Shown here piece by piece: positions 43,611-51,825 of a stretch of DNA of 64,000 nucleotides (position 1 is its first letter; each line of letters opens with the position of its first letter). Position numbers and translations under genes: made by a program. The notes beneath the pieces are model-generated. The model had not been told where the DNA came from, searched no databases, and worked only from the letters and a program-made list of their open reading frames with translations. Source of the DNA: an uncultured Gammaproteobacteria bacterium (GTDB taxonomy: Bacteria > Patescibacteriota > Patescibacteriia > UBA9934); assembly GCA_964599455.1 (NCBI GenBank), contig CAZREA010000001.1, forward strand, positions 71,687-135,686, in the 5' to 3' direction.

Positions 43611-43613
43611 ATT

Positions 43614-44063
43614 TTACCGCGGTTGATAGATGATACCTGTTTTATAATTCCTTATCACCATCTGATTTCCCTCAAGCATGTTGTTCGGAAGGTCATCAAT
43701 GGGAAACCACCTCCATTCTTCACATTTTTCTGGTTCCATAACCTGAGGATCGCCTCCCATGTATTCCGCTAATATACCAATATTGAGATAATGTTTGTTA
43801 TCGGTTTTAATGTAACGCATTTCATCTGCGACTGAAATCAATTGTAATTTTTCCACATTTAAACCGGTTTCTTCTCTTACCTCCCGCTTTGCTGTTTCAA
43901 AGATCGTCTCCCCGAATTCAAGATGGCCTCCAGGAAAACTCCATTCGCCCTCTCCGTGCGATCCTTTTCGTAATCCAAGTAAAATATGTCCATCAACATT
44001 CTTAATAAGAACACCGATGCCAACACGTGGTCGAGGTACGATACCTTGTGCATTCATTTCCAT
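43614..44063 (-). CDS. Nudix hydrolase
   Basis: Nudix box GGHLEFGETIFETAKREVREETGL. Confidence 0.85.
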   Translation of the reverse strand: MEMNAQGIVPRPRVGIGVLIKNVDGHILLGLRKGSHGEGEWSFPGGHLEFGETIFETAKREVREETGLNVEKLQLISVADEMRYIKTDNKHYLNIGILAEYMGGDPQVMEPEKCEEWRWFPIDDLPNNMLEGNQMVIRNYKTGIIYQPR

Positions 44064-44099
44064 ATAATGATTTCTGAATAAAAAGTAGAATTCAAAAAC

Positions 44100-44774
44100 T
44101 TATTTTGATGCAATGATAAGAACAAATTCTCCTTTCGTACTCGTTGCTTGTAATTGTTCTAAGATATCTTCTGCCTTTCCGCGATAGATCGTTTCATGCA
44201 TTTTCGTCAGTTCACGACAAACAACAAGTTCGCGATCGTGCACTTTTAGTGCTTCAAGCGTTTTCTCGATACGATGCGTTGATTCGTACAGTACAATGAC
44301 ATGTTCGATAGCATCAATTTCGCGAAAAAATGTTTCTCGTCCCTTTTTATGCGGTGGGAAACCTAAAAAGGTAAATCGTTGCGTAGGAAAGCCGCAAATG
44401 GAAAGTGCGGCAGTGACCGCAGATGCCCCAGGAATAGGCACAACCTGAATTCCCTCTTTCACTGCGTCGGCTACAAGCACGCCACCAGGATCAGAGATAC
44501 CTGGCGTGCCCGCATCCGTCACAAGTGCCATAGAAATACCAGAAAGAAGATCAGTGATAATCTTCTTTCTTTTAAAGGTATCGGTATGTTCATGAAACGT
44601 GTGCAGCGTGGGTTCAATACCAAGCTTGGCACACAATTTTGCAGTCACACGCGTATCTTCACACAAGACTACATTCACCTGCGACAATACGTACCGCGCA
44701 CGATCGGTGATATCACCCACATTTCCCAGAGGCGTTGCGACAATGAATAACGTTCCTCCGATATCAGCAGACAT
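44100..44774 (-). CDS. rsmI: 16S rRNA (cytidine1402-2'-O)-methyltransferase
   Basis: GTLFIVATPLGNVGDITDRARYVLSQVNVVLCEDTR is the RsmI / tetrapyrrole-methylase-fold N-terminus. Confidence 0.88.
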   Translation of the reverse strand: MSADIGGTLFIVATPLGNVGDITDRARYVLSQVNVVLCEDTRVTAKLCAKLGIEPTLHTFHEHTDTFKRKKIITDLLSGISMALVTDAGTPGISDPGGVLVADAVKEGIQVVPIPGASAVTAALSICGFPTQRFTFLGFPPHKKGRETFFREIDAIEHVIVLYESTHRIEKTLEALKVHDRELVVCRELTKMHETIYRGKAEDILEQLQATSTKGEFVLIIASK

Positions 44775-44776
44775 AC

Positions 44777-46066
44777 TTATTCGATAACGACCGGTTTGTC
44801 TTCGGAATTGGTGAGGTCCATAGCGTCACTGGTTACATCATCAGTTGTTGCGCTATCATCCTCAGTTTTTGGTTGGAGTATTTCTTCACCAGAAATGGGG
44901 ATATTGGGATAAAGTGCAAAAGCAGTAAAGGCAAACATGCGTACATGCGGCACTTGTTTTAATTGCGTGCCGCGCAACTCGCCAGAAATTGCTTCACCCT
45001 TTTCATTCCACACCGAACCGGTTTCATTATCGATAATGTCGCCATCTTTGCGCGTAAAGGTCAGTATTTGTCCGTTGACGGTGCGCTCAAACACGCGCAA
45101 CGCATATCCTTTTAGTTGTGATTTCACCGAAACCAAGGCAACGATTGGCAAATCACCGAGTTTCTGATTCGGAATCTCTTGAAAAACGAGATATTTATCC
45201 GCAAAGGCAACGCGATTATTTCCACTTTCAACCACATACACCGTTTCTTTTGCAGCAAGACGACTCTCGGTGTGATTCATGGGGAAAAAGACGCCGGGTG
45301 AGGTGTCGTAGTTGCCGTACGGATGGCGCGTATAGTCACGAACAACACCCGTGTCACGCGATAAAACCGTGCCACTGGGATACTGCTCTTTCCAATCGCT
45401 CCATTTCATGAATACAAAAGGATATGGCTTAAGGGCCATGCGAAAATCACCATACAGTTTTCCAACCACAACACGATTATCAAGACCAGACCATACAGTA
45501 TCTGTTTTTTCTTCCGTCAATAACATGTCATTATTGTAGACCTTTCCCGATGCATGAAAAACAGGAGTTTCACCCGCGATAACAGGTAAGCCATCAATAG
45601 CATCAAAACCACCAAAAAAATCTCGTTCATACACCGCTGCACCACCAGACAGTGGCGAGTAGTACACAAGCAGTTTTTTATCAGCAAAGGTATCGTTAAC
45701 GATTTCATGCCAATTCATGATTTGCACCGGATAAAAACGATGCTGTCCGTTCACCGCAACGTCGATACCGGGAAGATCATCGGCAATATATTCATCTGCC
45801 GCAGCAATCGAAACAAAAGTAGGATCGTTTAATGCGGGAATATTTTCAGCTGCAACGCCAGTATCATAGAGCTCATCGGGAGGTATTGCATAATATGCAT
45901 CTTGATACGGCACCAAGGCATTTTGCTGATAAAATCCTCCATCAAGTTGTGCAAAACGTCCTTTGTTAAAAACATGTTGGAGATACCCGTCATGGATGAC
46001 ATATCCCAGTACACCAACAATGACCGCAACACCGAAAAGAATCAAAGGGAGATATTTCTTTTGCAT
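44777..46066 (-). CDS. hypothetical membrane-anchored extracytoplasmic protein
   Basis: 429 aa with one N-terminal TM helix (LPLILFGVAVIVGVLGYVI) followed by a large soluble domain. No motif recognised. Confidence 0.45.
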   Translation of the reverse strand: MQKKYLPLILFGVAVIVGVLGYVIHDGYLQHVFNKGRFAQLDGGFYQQNALVPYQDAYYAIPPDELYDTGVAAENIPALNDPTFVSIAAADEYIADDLPGIDVAVNGQHRFYPVQIMNWHEIVNDTFADKKLLVYYSPLSGGAAVYERDFFGGFDAIDGLPVIAGETPVFHASGKVYNNDMLLTEEKTDTVWSGLDNRVVVGKLYGDFRMALKPYPFVFMKWSDWKEQYPSGTVLSRDTGVVRDYTRHPYGNYDTSPGVFFPMNHTESRLAAKETVYVVESGNNRVAFADKYLVFQEIPNQKLGDLPIVALVSVKSQLKGYALRVFERTVNGQILTFTRKDGDIIDNETGSVWNEKGEAISGELRGTQLKQVPHVRMFAFTAFALYPNIPISGEEILQPKTEDDSATTDDVTSDAMDLTNSEDKPVVIE

Positions 46067-46085
46067 ATATTATCTAAGAGAAAAC

Positions 46086-46610
46086 TTAGGCCTTCCCTAG
46101 CGTCGCCTCACCCGGCTCCCATTCAATAGGACACAGTTCACCCGACTGCAACGCCTGCACCACGCGCAACACTTCTTTCACCGATCGACCAACAGAACCC
46201 GCGGAAACAACGGCATACTGCACAATACCCTCAGGATCAATCACAAACAGTCCTCGCTGTGCTGAGCCACTCTCTTCATCTAAAATGCCATAATCACGCG
46301 AAACACGCTGCGTGGTGTCGGCGAGAATGGGATATGTTACTTCGGGAAGATCTTTTTCGAACCAGGCTTTGTGGCTCCATTCAGAATCGGTGGAAGCGGA
46401 AAGAATTTTCGTATTCAACTTTACGAACTCTGCTTCATGTTTGGCAAAGCCACGAATTTCGGTTGGACAGATGAAGGTAAAGTCACGGGGATAAAAGAAC
46501 AGTGCAAGCCATGAACCGTGATAATCGGAAAGATTGACCTTGGTAAATTCACCCGCTTTGTAAGCGGTTACATTTGAAAATTCAGGAGCGGGTTTGCCAA
46601 TAGAGATCAT
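46086..46610 (-). CDS. peroxiredoxin (AhpC/TSA family)
   Basis: The sequence LALFFYPRDFTFICPTEI carries the peroxidatic Cys in an FTFVCPTEI-like context. The start is moved to MISIGKPAPEF. Confidence 0.85.
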   Translation of the reverse strand: MISIGKPAPEFSNVTAYKAGEFTKVNLSDYHGSWLALFFYPRDFTFICPTEIRGFAKHEAEFVKLNTKILSASTDSEWSHKAWFEKDLPEVTYPILADTTQRVSRDYGILDEESGSAQRGLFVIDPEGIVQYAVVSAGSVGRSVKEVLRVVQALQSGELCPIEWEPGEATLGKA

Positions 46611-46658
46611 AAGAAAAGGTTCAAGAGTATAGAGAGAATGATAGCGCAAAAAATGCGA

Positions 46659-46749
46659 GAAGGCCAGTAGGCCAGCCCTCGGCCGTAGCCTACGGGCGAG
46701 GCCTTCAGAATTTTCTGAATATCTGGCCTACCGGCCTTCTGGCCCACTT
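46659..46749. repeat. about 90-bp hairpin-forming repeat element (copy A)
   Basis: gaaggccagtaggcc...ttcagaattttctgaa...ggcctaccggccttc is internally palindromic with both an outer and an inner stem. It is an inverted partner of copy B at 49709-49785. Confidence 0.7.
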
Positions 46750-46752
46750 TAT

Positions 46753-48276
46753 TTATCTCGCCATTCCTTCAATCCATTTCCACAATGTGCGTACGCCATA
46801 CCCCGTTGCACCTTTTTGCAAACACGCACCCATGGGCTTTTCGGCAAATGCGGGACCTGCAATATCAAGATGTGCCCAAGCGGTTCCTTCGGGAATAAAT
46901 TCCTGTAAAAAGAGACCTGCAGTTAATGATCCACCGTATTTTGAAAGTGCAATATTACGCAAATCAGCCACATCACTTACCACTAATTCTCGATACCGTT
47001 TTTCGAGTGGCAATTCCCAAATCTTCTCTCCTCCTTCTTTTGCTGCCGTTACAAGTTGTTTTGCTAAGCTTCGATCATTCGTCATTAAACCGGCAATCTC
47101 TTCACCTAATGCAACCATGCACGCACCGGTCAGCGTTGCCAAATCAACCATGGCATCAGGTTTATCTTTTAAGGCATAGGTCATGGCGTCAGCAAGGGTG
47201 AGGCGACCCTCGGCATCGGTATTGAGAATTTCGATGGTTTTACCGGACATCGAACGCACAATATCGCCCGGACGAATCGCTTTACTTGAAGGCATGTTTT
47301 CGGTAGCAGCAATGTAGCCATGCACGTTCAGGCGCGGACGCAATCGTGCCAAAATAGCGAACACACCGATAACCGCGGCAGCACCCGCCATATCACACTT
47401 CATGCTCATCATGGCCTCGGCGGGCTTGAGCGACAATCCACCCGAATCAAAGGTGACACCCTTGCCCACGACCGCAACCGTTTTTTTGCTTGCGCGAGGA
47501 GATGTGTAGGTAAGATGAATAAATTTCGGTTCACGATCAGCACCTTGGGCAACGGCCAAAAATGCACCCATACCTAATTTTTCACATTCAGCTCTTCCCA
47601 ACACTTTTACTTTCACCGTGCCACCCGATTCCTTTGCAACTTCTTGAGCGGCTTGTGCCAAACGTTCCGGCGTCATGTCATGCGCAGGAATGTTCACGAG
47701 ATCACGCGTGATGTTTACGCCAGCCATGATCATGTGCACGCGTTCAACGGCCTTGCGCATCGCTAAAACCATTTTACTGTCGGCAATTAACAAGTCGATC
47801 TCAGCAATTTTGCGATTGCCATTTTCTTTTTTGTAGGCATCGAAATGATAATTTGCAAGCAATGCCCCACTGGCAAATGCCTCGACAGCTTCGACGTGAA
47901 ATTCTCGTGCAGAAAAATCAACCGCCAACGTACGCAATGCCGATTTCTTTGCCGTTTGTACCGCGAGTCCCGCTGCTTCACGCACCACATCCAAAAATGC
48001 TTCGTGTTTTTTATCGCCCACACCAACAAGTAACAACATATCCGCACCATGTCCTGGCGAGATAGGTAAAAGCAGCGATTGTCCTGCGCGACCAATGAAT
48101 TCTTGCGCTTTGGCCAAACGCTCGGCACGCATCACCATATCATTGCCAAAACTGGCCAATGCCGAAAAGCCTTTCTCCAAAAAACACGGAACGACGAGCA
48201 ATTCTGCACCCGCTTGCGTCAATCGCCCCCGGGAAATGGTGATATTCATATAGAGATGTTTTGCAGCAGAATGCAT
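46753..48276 (-). CDS. pepA: leucyl aminopeptidase (M17)
   Basis: The M17 active-site signature NTDAEGRL is present, along with VGKGVTFDSGG. Confidence 0.9.
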   Translation of the reverse strand: MHSAAKHLYMNITISRGRLTQAGAELLVVPCFLEKGFSALASFGNDMVMRAERLAKAQEFIGRAGQSLLLPISPGHGADMLLLVGVGDKKHEAFLDVVREAAGLAVQTAKKSALRTLAVDFSAREFHVEAVEAFASGALLANYHFDAYKKENGNRKIAEIDLLIADSKMVLAMRKAVERVHMIMAGVNITRDLVNIPAHDMTPERLAQAAQEVAKESGGTVKVKVLGRAECEKLGMGAFLAVAQGADREPKFIHLTYTSPRASKKTVAVVGKGVTFDSGGLSLKPAEAMMSMKCDMAGAAAVIGVFAILARLRPRLNVHGYIAATENMPSSKAIRPGDIVRSMSGKTIEILNTDAEGRLTLADAMTYALKDKPDAMVDLATLTGACMVALGEEIAGLMTNDRSLAKQLVTAAKEGGEKIWELPLEKRYRELVVSDVADLRNIALSKYGGSLTAGLFLQEFIPEGTAWAHLDIAGPAFAEKPMGACLQKGATGYGVRTLWKWIEGMAR

Positions 48277-48344
48277 GTTTGGTCAAGAGGAATGCGGGAA
48301 AAAGCGAAGCCGCCGAGTTACGCTCGGCGGCCACGATGACACTA

Positions 48345-48659
48345 TCAGTTCCACATGATCTCCAGTGAGGCCGTTTCCGCATCTTCATCTGTCACTTCAT
48401 TCAAAAATGCAACTGCACGGTCCATCAACTCATCATACAGCGCCTCACTCTCACAGTCTGCAAAATACGGAAAAACCTCTTCATCGACGATCTGTAGAAG
48501 GATGAGCTCGTATGAACCATCCTCATCCTGACTAGTAGAAATGAACACCACGTAATACTCATCATCCTCCTGTAACAATAGACCGGGATAACGTTGATAG
48601 ATCTTCTCGTCCAAAACCACCGTATCTCGATCGATGACGGTCGCTTCCCTCTCTTCCAT
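48345..48659 (-). CDS. DUF1292-like small acidic protein (paralog 1)
   Basis: 104 aa, highly acidic. The pattern DTVVLDEKI..EYYVVFIS..DEDGSYELILLQIVDEE fits the DUF1292 consensus. Confidence 0.5.
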   Translation of the reverse strand: MEEREATVIDRDTVVLDEKIYQRYPGLLLQEDDEYYVVFISTSQDEDGSYELILLQIVDEEVFPYFADCESEALYDELMDRAVAFLNEVTDEDAETASLEIMWN

Positions 48660-48786
48660 ATTCCCTCCGAACGGTGCCGACGAAGTTCATCGTAATTCTT
48701 CTAAAAAGGCAATTGTAAAATAACGAGGCCGTCGGAGATCGCCCCGACGACCCACGACACGAGCAACGTTTCTTATTGATACTCAT

Positions 48787-49014
48787 TCACGCCACCCCTC
48801 GACGATCCTCTTGCATGAGAGCAAAAGCGATAAGCGAGAGCTGCGCATCGATCTCTCTGGGTAGTTCTTCGTCAACGAGATCTCCCTCGTCGTTGATTCG
48901 CCGTATCTGGAAATCATCCTCACGAAAGAAAACGGCGTACTCTTTGTCTTCATACTCCAGATCGACCACCCAGCTATACCACGTATCACCTACTTGCAGT
49001 TCTTTTCTCATCAC
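48787..49014 (-). CDS. DUF1292-like small acidic protein (paralog 2)
   Basis: 75 aa with the same pattern (EYAVFFREDD..DEGDLVDEELP). Confidence 0.4.
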   Translation of the reverse strand: MMRKELQVGDTWYSWVVDLEYEDKEYAVFFREDDFQIRRINDEGDLVDEELPREIDAQLSLIAFALMQEDRRGVA

Positions 49015-49044
49015 CCCTCCTTGTCTTGCGATGAGGAATCGGGA

Positions 49045-49341
49045 TCAGGAACCGAAGAACTCTTCCATGAGTTCCGACGGCTCACCTTCTCGTTCAAGAA
49101 CAAACGCTGCAAAGTCGAGGATCGAGGCGATCAGCATATCTTCAGCGTCATCACCTGTGCCAAAGTCATGGTCAAAGGTGCAAGTATTCTCATCCAGCAG
49201 CTTCAGCACCATGACGTCCACTTCTTCGTCGCCAATGGTACGCATCACCACGAGATGATGACCCTCGCGATGCAGTTCGAACCACCACTCGAACACCAGA
49301 CCCTCTTTTGGATTTGTTAGTACAAAACCTTGAAGACTCAT
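49045..49341 (-). CDS. DUF1292-like small acidic protein (paralog 3)
   Basis: 98 aa with the same pattern (HHLVVMRTIGDEEVDVMVLKLLDEN). Confidence 0.45.
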   Translation of the reverse strand: MSLQGFVLTNPKEGLVFEWWFELHREGHHLVVMRTIGDEEVDVMVLKLLDENTCTFDHDFGTGDDAEDMLIASILDFAAFVLEREGEPSELMEEFFGS

Positions 49342-49441
49342 GTCATCCTCCGTAGTGAAAGATTTTCGTCACCTTCTTTACGCTAAAGACTAACTCCCTC
49401 TTCGTCAAGACTTTCGGAAAATATTCACTTTTGGCCAATAT

Positions 49442-49470
49442 TTGACCATTTTATCTGCATCGGGCATAAT
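49442..49470 (+). promoter_or_regulatory. putative sigma-70 promoter
   Basis: TTGACC-17 nt-CATAAT. Confidence 0.45.
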
Positions 49471-49560
49471 AATTGTACCTTTTATCCGAATACAACACGC
49501 ATATTTGTATTTTTTGGATAATCCCCTCAATCCCTTTACTCCCTTCTCTCCTCTTTACCT

Positions 49561-49698
49561 ATGCCCTCACGTCATCATCTTTCTCGCAAAGGACAAAACG
49601 CTCGTTTCGCTGTGAAGCGTGAAGACGGCTTTGCCAAGCGTCGCAAGGCCAAGGCTATCCGCATGCGCAAATTGGAAGCGAAGATTGCTGCGAAGTAA
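49561..49698 (+). CDS. small basic protein (45 aa), unknown
   Basis: ATG...TAA ORF encoding MPSRHHLSRKGQNARFAVKREDGFAKRRKAKAIRMRKLEAKIAAK. It is below the ORF-track size cutoff, lies downstream of the promoter-like element and is followed by hairpin repeat copy B. Confidence 0.3.
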   Translation: MPSRHHLSRKGQNARFAVKREDGFAKRRKAKAIRMRKLEAKIAAK

Positions 49699-49708
49699 AC
49701 ATATTTAA

Positions 49709-49785
49709 GTGGGCCAGTAGGCCGGTGGGCCAGATATTCAGAAATTTCTCTGAAGGCTGGCACAACTAGCCTTACTGGCCTTCTT
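49709..49785. repeat. about 80-bp hairpin-forming repeat element (copy B, inverted relative to A)
   Basis: aagtgggccagtaggccggtgggccagatattcagaaatttctctgaagg... is about 85 percent identical to the reverse complement of copy A over roughly 50 nt, and its terminal ...ttactggccttc is conserved. Confidence 0.7.
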
Positions 49786-49851
49786 TTTATCTCCCTTCCC
49801 GCTTGCGATGAGAAAAAGATTTTGGTATCATGCTGACGGTTTGAAATATAT

Positions 49852-49926
49852 TCCGAGGTAGCTCAGCGGTAGAGCAGTTGGCTGTTAACCAATTGGTCCT
49901 GGGTTCAAATCCCAGCCTCGGAGCCA
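49852..49926 (+). tRNA. tRNA-Asn (anticodon GTT)
   Basis: A cloverleaf folds by eye. The acceptor stem is TCCGAGG/CCTCGGA, the D-arm GCTCAGCGGTAGAGC, the anticodon stem-loop GTTGG-CTGTTAA-CCAAT and the T-arm CTGGGTTCAAATCCCAG. The discriminator G and CCA are encoded. Confidence 0.9.
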
Positions 49927-50009
49927 GCAAGAGACATCAATATTTATTGGTGTTTTTTGTTTGACCTAAGTGGGACGTTAGAACCCGAGCATGATAATAT
50001 ATACTCAAT

Positions 50010-50663
50010 ATGAGAAAAGAAGATCTACAAAAGCTAGGATCACCAGATAAGGAAAGTCGGATTGGCAACGATGTCACGGATCATGATTTTCAAGTACTTC
50101 TGAAAGAAATTGAGCAGGCGTGCGTCGTGTTTCCCAAGAAAACCCCAAAACCATTCATCCTCATTCCAACAGGATTGACCGCATCAGGTAAATCGACAAT
50201 CGTAAAACAAATTGCAGAACACTATTCATTGGTCATTATTCGGACCGATAGCATACGAAGTTACTTAGAAGGTAGAGGATTTAATTTGGTGAGAACGGTT
50301 GAATTTGCATATGATCTGGTAATGAACAGTTTAAAACGAGGATACGGTGTAGCGATTGATGCAGATGTAGTTCAGGAGAAGGATAGAGATGTTATGAGGA
50401 AAGTTGCGAGAGAATTTGGAATTCCTCTTATTTCTATCAAGGTTGTTACACCAGAAAATGTTATTTTATCTAGATTAGATGAAAAGAATTTAGATAGAGA
50501 CTATCGGGGTCGGGAAGCGATAAAACGGTATTTTGAACGAAAGCCTCTTCATAGTGATCACGATTTAGATCATGACTTTAAATTCAATGGAAACTCAGAC
50601 TTAGCACCACAGTTAATAATGGCCTTTGAGCGAATCAATGAGCGTCTCACTGAAGAGAGTTAG
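50010..50663 (+). CDS. P-loop kinase (AAA_33-like ATP-binding protein)
   Basis: Walker A ILIPTGLTASGKSTIV. About 200 aa, the size of small-molecule or polynucleotide kinases. Confidence 0.55.
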   Translation: MRKEDLQKLGSPDKESRIGNDVTDHDFQVLLKEIEQACVVFPKKTPKPFILIPTGLTASGKSTIVKQIAEHYSLVIIRTDSIRSYLEGRGFNLVRTVEFAYDLVMNSLKRGYGVAIDADVVQEKDRDVMRKVAREFGIPLISIKVVTPENVILSRLDEKNLDRDYRGREAIKRYFERKPLHSDHDLDHDFKFNGNSDLAPQLIMAFERINERLTEES

Positions 50664-51543
50664 ATCTAAGGTTTGCCAGTTCACCGTTCTAAACCCGTCC
50701 ACTATTCGGAGCCACATGGAACTGACGTGTGAAAATGCGTCAGTTTTATGTTTGTCTTCGCCATTTTTCATCGGTTCTAACCTACGGTACTCGGCTTCTA
50801 ACGCTGGATACTCATTTACGATAGGAACAAGCCAAGGATGTGCCTCAATGCGGAGTTTTCCGTGCAAAATCGTCGGGTTCGAACCTAACGCCATCATGAT
50901 CTCTTTCTTGCGTTGCAGGTCGCCTTTGAGAAAGGCGCTGTGCGCATAGGTGGCAAAGTCGAACAGCTCCTCCGTAAGCTCAAGCCATCGGTCAGCACGG
51001 GTTTCTGTTTTATCAATCTCTTTGCGCAACTCTGCTTGTTCAGCTTTCAAACGGTCACGCTCTCGGATGTATTCGGCATCGTCAATCAAATCCCGTGCCC
51101 GCATGCGGGTGAGGTTATCGATCTGCGACTGGTTTTCAGCAATGGCCGCAAGTTGGGACTCGTACACTTTCGTGCGTTTGGTCACTTCGTTGTCATGGTC
51201 TTTACCGAGGTTCTCCAACGCCCATGTTCGGAACTCTGGGAGAATAGTGACTGTATGGGGATCGTTCTGTTCTATTTGGTTCAAGAAGTTCAAAATCGTA
51301 GGTGTGTTTCTGTTCAGTGTTCTTTCCGATGAGTCGGATCTTTCCTTCGGCATCGAAATCCTGCAAGATTGTGAGCTGTTCGCTTCGATCAAGGAAAATC
51401 GGCTCATAATCACCCTCGTCTTTCACCAAGTACGCAAAATACGAAGCCGTATTACTTCCAGCTTTTTGTGCGGCCTCGGTCAGATTTCCCCACACATACT
51501 TTCGTTTCTGTTCTTGTGACCATGGCCAGTCCCTCGCATCCAT
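50613..51543 (-). pseudogene. multiply frameshifted coiled-coil, recombinase-like gene (possible integrase remnant)
   Basis: Two long ORFs in different frames overlap (51202..51543 and 50613..51413). A third short frame starts at an ATG with a good SD (ggaggagg). The sequence has a long charged coiled coil (DAEYIRERDRLKAEQAELRKEIDK). It is positioned like an int gene next to the Xis-like HTH and a tRNA. Confidence 0.3.
50680..50716. repeat. direct repeat copy 1 (about 37 bp)
   Basis: ttcaccgttctaaacccgtccactattcggagccaca matches copy 2 at 55354-55390 with 6 mismatches. The 28-bp core ctRaacccRtccaStattcggagccaca has 3 mismatches. Confidence 0.75.
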
Positions 51544-51624
51544 AGTTGTGTAATAGTCATTTTCCTCCTCCTGAATATGATGTAGTATATAGTAACTAAT
51601 GGTAAGTCAGGAATCAAGACCGCT

Positions 51625-51813
51625 ATGGACATAAAAACGCTCCCCGACATTCTTACACTTGGTCAAGTGTGCGAGATCTTGAACGTGCATGCAAACACGC
51701 TCCGACAATGGGATGCAAAAGGTATTCTTCCCGCCATCAGATTCGGAGCAAGAGGCGATCGAAGGTACAAGAAACAGGACGTGCTCAAGTTACTGGATCA
51801 AAAGGGTGCTTGA
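51625..51813 (+). CDS. excisionase/MerR-like HTH DNA-binding protein
   Basis: 62 aa. LTLGQVCEILNVHANTLRQWDAKGILPAIRFGARGDRRY is the Xis/AlpA/MerR-type HTH_17 pattern. Confidence 0.6.
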   Translation: MDIKTLPDILTLGQVCEILNVHANTLRQWDAKGILPAIRFGARGDRRYKKQDVLKLLDQKGA

Positions 51814-51825
51814 GCTCATCAAAAA

